Positions 47,520 through 55,023 of a DNA stretch of 64,000 nucleotides are shown here, piece by piece (the first letter of the stretch is position 1; each line of letters opens with the position of its first letter). The stretch covers positions 13,530-77,529 of the forward strand of contig JASLKC010000007.1 of assembly GCA_030747785.1 (NCBI GenBank), read 5' to 3'. Below the pieces are notes generated by a model. It saw only the letters and a list, made by a program, of their open reading frames with translations, had not been told where the DNA came from and did no database searches. Origin of the DNA: Candidatus Poseidoniaceae archaeon. GTDB lineage: Archaea; Thermoplasmatota; Poseidoniia; Poseidoniales; Poseidoniaceae. Both the position numbers and the translations under genes were made by a program.

Positions 47520-47532
47520 CACCCTTTGGGTG
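47520..47532. repeat. Short inverted repeat CACCC-TTT-GGGTG after parA
   Basis: Read directly: 5-bp arms and a 3-nt loop, 14 nt after the parA stop. Confidence 0.6.
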
Positions 47533-47581
47533 ATTCCACCACGCGAGGACTTCAAGTAGTCAACATGGGCGAAGCAGGGGC

Positions 47582-47824
47582 ATGACTGGAGAAGGAATGA
47601 CCTCCGTTAGTGTGAGTTACGAGATGCGACGCCAACTGAATACTATCCGAACAATGGATGGGTATCGCAGTATTGATGCGCTTTTAGCAGATTTAGTTCG
47701 AGAACATAAGCTCGCAAAAATGAATGGTGAGTTGGATAAACTCCGAGCCCATGTCAAGGAAATTGCTGATGTTAATGCTGACCATTTGGTAGAGCGTTTG
47801 AATCTAGCACCATTCAAGGTCTGA
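47582..47824 (+). CDS. Small protein, possible ribbon-helix-helix DNA-binding fold
   Basis: 80 aa. The N-terminal strand-like TSVSVSYEMRRQL is followed by two predicted helices. The fold call is by eye only. Confidence 0.35.
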   Translation: MTGEGMTSVSVSYEMRRQLNTIRTMDGYRSIDALLADLVREHKLAKMNGELDKLRAHVKEIADVNADHLVERLNLAPFKV

Positions 47825-47833
47825 GGTGTAAAA

Positions 47834-48085
47834 ATGGACTGGCGCCCGAATGGTTACCTTTTCAGCACCCCTGATTTGGTGCGTGCGATTTTCAATAGCG
47901 AGGGCCCAGAATCCATGTTGTTATCAAAAGCCGCTTGTGGAGATGTTGAAATCTTTGCAAGTCCGATAAGTTGGAATGCAGTTCTTTGGCTGATAATGTC
48001 CACGCTCAAAGTAGATGGCCAGCCGGTTTACAGCGGCTCAGAACTCGGTAATCTCAAAGAGAGTCTACCAATTGTTTTCCGTTGA
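47834..48085 (+). CDS. Small hypothetical protein
   Basis: 83-aa ORF starting 10 nt after the preceding gene. No motif recognised. Confidence 0.3.
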   Translation: MDWRPNGYLFSTPDLVRAIFNSEGPESMLLSKAACGDVEIFASPISWNAVLWLIMSTLKVDGQPVYSGSELGNLKESLPIVFR

Positions 48086-50536
48086 TTACTTGCCTTGGGA
48101 GGCGAGCCACTGGGCTCCATACCATTTCCACTGTTCCATAGTCCAGCCTTCAGGTAATCCTTCTGCAGGCAGTGGTGGTGCTTCTGGAGCGACCATTGCA
48201 GCTTCAATAGATTCTTTCGACTCAGTTGGTACTTGAGATGGTTCAGGCATTCCTGCTAATTCTTCTAAGGATGCAGATTCTTCGAGTACTTCCGAATCTT
48301 CAGTTGAATCTACTTCATTCTTGATTTCTAAATCATCGAAGCCTTCAGACATGTCTTCAGCGGGTTCATGGATTAGATCCATCGGTTCGATTTCATCGTC
48401 CCAATGTTTGTCGCTTTCGACTCCACCGTGTGCAGAAAGGCCCGCTTGTCCACCAAGTGCTTCTGCTTCAGCACTCTTGGTTTCAGGAACATATGGGACA
48501 CCATAGGTCTTCACCAATGCCTTTCTCCTGCGAGCCCTTGTTACTCCAACGAATAACAGTATTACAAGTAGAATAATTACAAATGCTCCTCCGCCAAACT
48601 TAGCGACCTCTCCAACAGTACTCATGTCAACGCTATTTCCGATATCGTTCTCATCTGAATCTTTGGAATTTTTCCAAGGATAATAATCGAGAACGGGTTG
48701 GCCTGCAGCCTCTTTCTCATTCTTGTAAGACATATATTCTGAATCTCGGAATCCCAAACAATCCTCTCTGGTATCACTTGCATCGATGATACAATGCTCT
48801 TCCAATGTAGTTACCAGTGAATTAGAATCATCGTAGTCTTTACTGGGTCCGACTCCATCACCATCATCATCTCTGTAATCATTAGGATCATTTTCCAAAT
48901 CATCCCCATAATCCCAGAATCCATCACCGTCGGTATCTTGGCAACCATATTTGTCAAGTTCCTCAAATTCAAATGTGACATTATCTAAATCAGAACTTGA
49001 AGGAAGCCAAGCCTCTGTTGAATTGCCCCAAATTGTAGGGCATGAATCAGGAGAGTTACCAAGTTGATTATCACCATAACCATCGCCATCAATGTCTTTC
49101 CATTGTGTGGGGTCAGTCTTGAATGCATCAGCACCATCTACAGTGCCCCACGAGTCATCCACATCAGACCAACCATCACTATCAGAGTCTTTGCAACCTA
49201 GTCGGTCTTCGGTCGAGAAACCATTGACAGTGGGGCACTCATCGCCATTTGTTCCATTCACTTCATCACCGAAGCCATCAAAATCGCTATCCGCCCACTG
49301 GGTACTATCGTCAGGGTATCTGTCACCATTTTCTCCATCGGAATCATCACCCCAACCATCACCATCACTGTCTTGCCACTGATCTGCGTTATTGGGGAAT
49401 GCATCTGAAGAAGTGCCATCAGGATTGTCACCATGGCCGTCCCCATCAACGTCTGACCATTGAGTCTCATCGTCAGGGAATGCATCGGACATATTTCCAG
49501 ATGAATCATCTCCATAGCCATCACCATCGCTATCGGTATCCTGGCTTGGATCTGTAGGGAATGCATCTTGGCTATCTGTAACGCCATCATCATCAGTATC
49601 AAGGTCGAATAATCGGAATTTGGTAGTAGTGGTAAATGCTGAAACAATATATAATTCCTCATCAGGTCCAAAGAATCCTAGTAATACTCTACCTGGAGAA
49701 TCATAAACATCGCTCTCAGTAAATGTAGAACTATCAACAAGATGCATCATTCCATTGAGGGTGCCCACCATTAGGTCACCGTTTGAATCAAATGAAATTG
49801 AGTTAACGCTCTCTCCACTTGAAATTACCATGCTCTCTTTGTTCCAAGTTGTAACATCATAACGAACAACTTGACCATTCGCAGTTCCGACAAGTAACAT
49901 ACCATTGCCATCTCTTACCAGAACTGAAGGATACGACGTATAATCAGATAATGATTGTAAAAGGGTTCCATCTTGGGCGAATACCTTGACCAAATTATCT
50001 CTACCTCCTGTGACAATTCTATCGTCAGAGATAATGGTCATCGAGGTCATTGCCGTGTTGTGAGAATTTGTTGCCACGCCTGTCCATGCGTTATCATCAT
50101 ACTCTTTAGCACGACGTTCTCCGCCATTCTGTCCAAACCAGAGTTGTCCTTCTGTATCCCAAACAACTGAATCAATTGTGCTTGAAATATTGTAAGTTTT
50201 TGTGGGAATTCGTAACTCTGTATTGAAAATCATAACTCCTTCTGTATGAGCAATAGCAACCTGTAATCCCGTGGAATCAGGTGTTGCTGATTTTGCTGAG
50301 ACATTTAAGTCAACGGTGTACTGATGAATTAATTCACCATCTCCCCAGAAATATTCAGAGAAATTTCCATCGGTAGAAAGGGTCATCAATGTACTTTCTG
50401 AAGAAAAGGAAATGTGAATTAATCGCCCTTCAACACTCTCAACAACTCCCACTTCTAAGAGAGTGGTAGAAGCAAAAGCACTGGGGGCCGATGGTAGCAA
50501 AAGCACCGCTAATAGAAGTGCGAGAAATTTCCTCAT
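48086..50536 (-). CDS. Surface protein: signal peptide, beta-propeller-like region, thrombospondin type-3-like Ca-binding repeats, TM helix and cytoplasmic tail
   Basis: N-terminal MRKFLALLLAVLLLPSAPSAFA signal. At least five copies of DAFPxDxxQWxDxDGDGxGD occur. A TM helix (FVIILLVILLFVGV) is followed by a tail of about 170 aa. Confidence 0.65.
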   Translation of the reverse strand: MRKFLALLLAVLLLPSAPSAFASTTLLEVGVVESVEGRLIHISFSSESTLMTLSTDGNFSEYFWGDGELIHQYTVDLNVSAKSATPDSTGLQVAIAHTEGVMIFNTELRIPTKTYNISSTIDSVVWDTEGQLWFGQNGGERRAKEYDDNAWTGVATNSHNTAMTSMTIISDDRIVTGGRDNLVKVFAQDGTLLQSLSDYTSYPSVLVRDGNGMLLVGTANGQVVRYDVTTWNKESMVISSGESVNSISFDSNGDLMVGTLNGMMHLVDSSTFTESDVYDSPGRVLLGFFGPDEELYIVSAFTTTTKFRLFDLDTDDDGVTDSQDAFPTDPSQDTDSDGDGYGDDSSGNMSDAFPDDETQWSDVDGDGHGDNPDGTSSDAFPNNADQWQDSDGDGWGDDSDGENGDRYPDDSTQWADSDFDGFGDEVNGTNGDECPTVNGFSTEDRLGCKDSDSDGWSDVDDSWGTVDGADAFKTDPTQWKDIDGDGYGDNQLGNSPDSCPTIWGNSTEAWLPSSSDLDNVTFEFEELDKYGCQDTDGDGFWDYGDDLENDPNDYRDDDGDGVGPSKDYDDSNSLVTTLEEHCIIDASDTREDCLGFRDSEYMSYKNEKEAAGQPVLDYYPWKNSKDSDENDIGNSVDMSTVGEVAKFGGGAFVIILLVILLFVGVTRARRRKALVKTYGVPYVPETKSAEAEALGGQAGLSAHGGVESDKHWDDEIEPMDLIHEPAEDMSEGFDDLEIKNEVDSTEDSEVLEESASLEELAGMPEPSQVPTESKESIEAAMVAPEAPPLPAEGLPEGWTMEQWKWYGAQWLASQGK

Positions 50537-50592
50537 GTTAGGGGGGAGTACTCAGTGACCTAAGAAAGGCACGGATTTCAGATTATGGCCGT

Positions 50593-53115
50593 TCATTCCT
50601 CTTCTTCAGTAGATACAACCTTCAATGTTGTAGTAGGCTGCCTTACTGGATTCAATTTCTTCACGGGGCTCAGAGTGGCCATTTTTGGTTGACCTGGTTT
50701 TTGCCCACGTGCGGAACTTGGAGGTGGTCCTCGTCTCTTTGCCGGAGATAGAACTGTTGATTCCACTGGTGTTAATTGTGCTACAGAAGGAGTACTCGCT
50801 ATCTTAAGTGACTTAATTGGCGTCATAAATACCGGCGCTGCTTCTTCAGCTATCTCTTCTTCAATTGCCTCTTCAAAAACTTCTTCAATAATTTCGTCGA
50901 TGTTCTCAGATTCTTCCACTACTTCCTCAATAGCGGCTTCTGGCTCTGGGATAGTTTCTGTGATTTGCTCAGGAATCGGCTCAATGGCTGGTTCAATTAC
51001 CGGTTCGACTTGAATTGGCTTAGGCAATACTGGTTGCCTTACAACCTTATGATGAGTTGGTTGCGGTAGAACTACTCCAGCGGAAGCCGGTTGATTTAGG
51101 CCACCGCCAAGTGGAGTTTTGATCGGCTTTGGAATAGGTACTGTTCCAGCGAGAGTTTTCGCCGTAGAGGTTGGAGCACGCATTCCACCAAGTCCAATCG
51201 ATGGTTTGTGTTGGGCTGCTGCCTGTGCAAGAGCGCCACGTAATGGTCGGCCACCTGTAGCGCCAAGCGCATCAGGCCTTGCACCAAGTGCTGTTGGATC
51301 CATACCCATCTGTGGCCGGGCAGTTTGAGTGCCCTGGCCAGAAATTGCTTTGAGCCAATCTTGGCGCTTTCCAACTCTTCCTTCCTGAGATTGAAGTTCA
51401 GCATATTCTGTCTCTTGTTCTGCAAGTCGTGCAGCTTCTGTATCGATTTGTCCTTGGACCTTGCCTTCAATAGATTCGCGCATTTTGGTCTCAGCCATTG
51501 TTCGGAAGTCATCCATTTGTTGAGTAAGGGTTGACAGCCTATCGCGAATTTCAGCTCTCTTGACACCAAGTTGAGCTTCGATTTCGGCTCTGATTCCAGC
51601 TTCACGCTTGCGTACCTCAATGAGTGCCTTGTTGCGCATGATTTCTTCGCGCTTGTCGAGTTGGCGTTCAAGTTGAGTTGCAACCTCATCTTCCTTGCGA
51701 GTGCGGAATTCGGAGAGACGGTCTTCCATCTCAACTTCAAGTTCGAGTACCGTCTCTTCCTTGAGTAAGTCAAGGTCGGTCTCATGAGTGATGCGTTCGT
51801 TTCTAAGACGGCCATCAACTTCTGACATAATCGCCTTTCGTGCTGCTTCTTCACGTGCAGTAAATTCAATTTCCAATCTTTCGGACCACTCTGCTTTCTT
51901 ACCATCATATCGTTCTGATAATTGGTCCCTGAGTTCAGATTCACGCTCATATCGGAATCTTGCAAGGCGATTCTGAATCTCTGCTTCTCTCGCATTTCGA
52001 TATGAATTGAATTCTTGATCGGTTCGCGCTTCTAATTCAGATTCAATTTCAGATTCTAGTGAGCGCGAGATATCATCAACTGCTTTGGAGAAAGTAAGGT
52101 CGTACTTCTCTCGAAGACGGCCTTTGCGGTCTGCAAGTTTCTCAGAATTCTTTGTTTCAAGTTGCTTCTCGATTTCAATTCTAAGCTCTTCACGGCGTCG
52201 AGCGACAGCGAGTTCAACATCCTGGCGCATTCGTTCTTCAAGATCCTCGGTTTCAGCAAGAAGGCGAGTTTCAAGTTCTTCCTGAATAGAGGCAGCAATG
52301 TCCTCTTCAAGACGAAGACTTCGGCGCTCGTATTCTGCACGCATTCTTGCTTCACGTTGCTTGAGACGTAACTTGAGTTGCTGTTCCAGTCTTGTTCGAA
52401 TTCCGCGTCGCAAAGATTCTTCGCGCTCTGCAAGACGCTGAGATTGATTTTCTTCAAGTCTTTCGACCTCGTTTTGTTCGAGATTGTCGAATCGACTGAC
52501 CATTTCCGCCTTGATGGTTGCTTCTAAGTCGAGGATTCTTCTCTGTAGAGCTTGATTGAATTCAATTTCCATCTTTTCTCTTTGGAAAGCAATACGACGG
52601 CGATGTTCCTCAGAGAGTTGACTCTCCAAGTGGCTAATTACCACGCCCCTGTGTTCCTCGAGTTTACGGTCTTGTTCAACTTCTAAGGATTCCTTCAATG
52701 CTTCGATTTCACGCGAAAGGCGTAATTCGTGCATTTCTTTGAGTCTAAGTTCTTCGCGAGTTAGAGTCTCGCTTTCGAGTTGAGAGAGTTCATCTTCCAT
52801 CTGTGATCTCAAATCTGATTCAAGCGCACCAAGAGTCATTTCATGTTGGCGAGATAGGTCACTAGCCATGTTATCCTGCATTATGGATATCCTCTCAGCA
52901 AGCGCTTCACGGCGCATTCTGCTATCTCTTCGAAGATTAGCTCGGAGCCTCTCTTCTTCTCTGAATCGGGAACTCTGCATCATAGTCTGGTCCAGGGACG
53001 GAGATGGCGTGGACGTGAACTGTGCGCGCAGTGAAGATAGGTCTAGTTGTGACTCATTTGCAGCCTTCTTTCGAAGGCCTCCACCTGTTGTTGACTTGCT
53101 TTCGCTGACGCTCAT
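50593..53115 (-). CDS. Long coiled-coil protein with a Pro-rich C-terminal region
   Basis: About 840 aa, with roughly 600 aa of E/R/L/K-rich heptad-like sequence. A P/A/G-rich region and an acidic tail (EEEE) follow. No Walker motifs are present. Start set at ATG 53115. Confidence 0.6.
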   Translation of the reverse strand: MSVSESKSTTGGGLRKKAANESQLDLSSLRAQFTSTPSPSLDQTMMQSSRFREEERLRANLRRDSRMRREALAERISIMQDNMASDLSRQHEMTLGALESDLRSQMEDELSQLESETLTREELRLKEMHELRLSREIEALKESLEVEQDRKLEEHRGVVISHLESQLSEEHRRRIAFQREKMEIEFNQALQRRILDLEATIKAEMVSRFDNLEQNEVERLEENQSQRLAEREESLRRGIRTRLEQQLKLRLKQREARMRAEYERRSLRLEEDIAASIQEELETRLLAETEDLEERMRQDVELAVARRREELRIEIEKQLETKNSEKLADRKGRLREKYDLTFSKAVDDISRSLESEIESELEARTDQEFNSYRNAREAEIQNRLARFRYERESELRDQLSERYDGKKAEWSERLEIEFTAREEAARKAIMSEVDGRLRNERITHETDLDLLKEETVLELEVEMEDRLSEFRTRKEDEVATQLERQLDKREEIMRNKALIEVRKREAGIRAEIEAQLGVKRAEIRDRLSTLTQQMDDFRTMAETKMRESIEGKVQGQIDTEAARLAEQETEYAELQSQEGRVGKRQDWLKAISGQGTQTARPQMGMDPTALGARPDALGATGGRPLRGALAQAAAQHKPSIGLGGMRAPTSTAKTLAGTVPIPKPIKTPLGGGLNQPASAGVVLPQPTHHKVVRQPVLPKPIQVEPVIEPAIEPIPEQITETIPEPEAAIEEVVEESENIDEIIEEVFEEAIEEEIAEEAAPVFMTPIKSLKIASTPSVAQLTPVESTVLSPAKRRGPPPSSARGQKPGQPKMATLSPVKKLNPVRQPTTTLKVVSTEEEE

Positions 53116-53219
53116 AGGATCCCCATCCAATATCTGATGCCTTTCTCATGATAGATAAGGAGCGCGTTGCTTGAATAGCCGCGCGTGGCGATTTATACGA
53201 CTGATGAGATTCGCCATTA

Positions 53220-54101
53220 CTATTCATCGGCAAGAGAATTTTCAAATTCAACAAAACGAGGACCGCCGAGGATATATGCAATTACGAAAAAGAATGAAAT
53301 TGAGAATAAAAACATCGTGAATAATGTTCCCGAGAGATCTTCGCCTGCATCAGTTTTGCTCGTGAGGGTCATTGCATGTATTACTGCAAAAAGAAGTGCT
53401 ACAAATTGTACTACTGACAAACGCATCGTCATACCACTCTTGAGTTTTGACATTGGTCTATCTGAAATCATCATAGCACCGCTAAAGAATAGAAGAGGAA
53501 GAATAATGAAATCTAAAAATGGCTTTTCTCCCTCTCCCCAACACCATGAACAATCCCATTCAGTAAGAGAAGGGCCGATACCTGAAGAAGGCTGGAGCCA
53601 AATTAACGCCGCTGCTGAAATTAATAGCATCGCATTTGCTGGTGATGAAAGACCATGGAAATACGAAACATCTCCACCATTTTCATGCTGGAATCTTGCA
53701 AGTCGGAGCATTCCACATGCAATAACCCAGAAGCAAGCGATTGCCAGAGAAATCGTCCAAAGGGGTGTAGCCTCCCCCATTCTACCAAACATTGCGAATA
53801 CCATTAGTGCCGGAGCAACACAAAATGAGATACAATCGGACATGATGTCAAGGGAGCCTCCTAGTAGCCTTCTTTTTGACCAGCGGCGTGCGATTGGTCC
53901 ATCGATAATATCACCAAAGGCAGAAAGAAGAATACAAAACATTGCTGTCCAAATATAATCTGTCAATAGGCCACCATTGTAGTAAGGATCTCGCATATCT
54001 TCGACTGCTAGAAGAATAAACACGATTGCAAGAACACCAAGAATTCCATTGCCAATGGTAATGTAATCAGCAACACCCATCATTCGCCAAGTGGTTTTCA
54101 T
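53220..54101 (-). CDS. CDP-alcohol phosphatidyltransferase family protein (archaeal polar-lipid head-group synthase)
   Basis: GDIIDGPIARRW...GGSLDIMSDCISF matches D(x)2DG(x)2AR...G(x)3D(x)3D. Multiple TM helices are present. Confidence 0.8.
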   Translation of the reverse strand: MKTTWRMMGVADYITIGNGILGVLAIVFILLAVEDMRDPYYNGGLLTDYIWTAMFCILLSAFGDIIDGPIARRWSKRRLLGGSLDIMSDCISFCVAPALMVFAMFGRMGEATPLWTISLAIACFWVIACGMLRLARFQHENGGDVSYFHGLSSPANAMLLISAAALIWLQPSSGIGPSLTEWDCSWCWGEGEKPFLDFIILPLLFFSGAMMISDRPMSKLKSGMTMRLSVVQFVALLFAVIHAMTLTSKTDAGEDLSGTLFTMFLFSISFFFVIAYILGGPRFVEFENSLADE

Positions 54102-54110
54102 TGTAAGGCC

Positions 54111-54503
54111 TCAGAAATTGATTTTGAATTCTGTATCGCAGGCAGGACAAGTTATCTCGCGCTTTCCTGGCCGGACATTCATACGCAACTTTCTTTCACA
54201 TGACGGGCATGCAATTTCGATTTTAGGCCGATTTACTCTCAATTCGAAATGGATTTCGCAAGACGAGCATTGTAAGTTTGCAGGACGGCGGTCTACACCG
54301 GCAATCAAAACCTTGGAACAATTCGGGCATCCAACTTTCTCTTCGCGCCACTTTCTCTTAGTAACTGGGTGATCAACTTTCACTTCAGCCCCACACATGG
54401 AACACTTGAGTTCACCAAGACTTGCAGGTAATAAATTGTCACAACGTGGACAGGAAAGCGAGGGCGGAGATATCCTCGATTCGACACTCAGTTCATCCGA
54501 CAT
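54111..54503 (-). CDS. Triple zinc-ribbon protein
   Basis: 130 aa with six CxxC pairs arranged as three ribbons (CPRC/CSMC, CPNC/CSSC, CPSC/CPAC). Confidence 0.55.
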   Translation of the reverse strand: MSDELSVESRISPPSLSCPRCDNLLPASLGELKCSMCGAEVKVDHPVTKRKWREEKVGCPNCSKVLIAGVDRRPANLQCSSCEIHFELRVNRPKIEIACPSCERKLRMNVRPGKREITCPACDTEFKINF

Positions 54504-54540
54504 ATGGCGCCCATCCCATCATCATTCTTGACCGGTTGCA

Positions 54541-54963
54541 TCAAGAGTTCCTTCGACCCTTGAGATCAATACTCTCCAACGCAATACCATCGAGTTCCAA
54601 ATTTTGACCGGTCATCGAACCCAATTCTCTAATCAACCGCTTTGCAGTAGCCTGAACTTTTGGATTTGAAAGATCAATCCTCGCAATGGTATCTTCTTCG
54701 GTTGCGCTTGAACCATCTGAAGGTAATGGCACTCTATCCATTACGCACCACCACCGGGTTCGTCCTTGATCACGATGATTCATGACTAGGCCTAGTGATT
54801 CCAACTTACGAAGATGGTGGTAAAGATTGTAGCGATCGACACTGACTAGATTCTGTAATTGGACCGTAGTGTATTCATCTGCCTCGAGTAAAGCCACATA
54901 CAGAGCCCTACGCGTTGGGTGCATTAGGGCGGTGCTCACAGGGTCGGCATGTAGTCGTCCCAT
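54541..54963 (-). CDS. ArsR-family winged-helix transcriptional regulator
   Basis: HPTRRALYVALLE...TTVQLQNLVSVDRYNLYHHLRKLESLGLV is a typical ArsR/SmtB HTH. The gene lies directly downstream of the metal ATPase. Confidence 0.65.
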   Translation of the reverse strand: MGRLHADPVSTALMHPTRRALYVALLEADEYTTVQLQNLVSVDRYNLYHHLRKLESLGLVMNHRDQGRTRWWCVMDRVPLPSDGSSATEEDTIARIDLSNPKVQATAKRLIRELGSMTGQNLELDGIALESIDLKGRRNS

Positions 54964-55023
54964 TGGTCCACCAAACGGGGCTTATGCGCCATGGGGCTTG
55001 AAGGTAGCGACTGCTTACCTACC

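Noticed and set aside
49092-49671. ORFs 49092-49382, 49249-49557 (plus strand) and 49258-49671 (minus strand) within the Asp/Gly-repeat region.
   Set aside because: Repeated GAT/GGT/GAC codons of the thrombospondin-like repeats keep alternative frames open. The products are His/Met/Ser-rich nonsense nested in the 816-aa surface-protein gene.
51096-51995. A 299-aa ORF in a different frame of the same strand inside the coiled-coil gene, plus several 60-130-aa ORFs on both strands between 51119 and 52457.
   Set aside because: These are artefacts of the highly biased GAA/GAG/AAG/CGT-rich repetitive coding sequence. Their translations are low-complexity, and they lie wholly within a longer, more coherent ORF.
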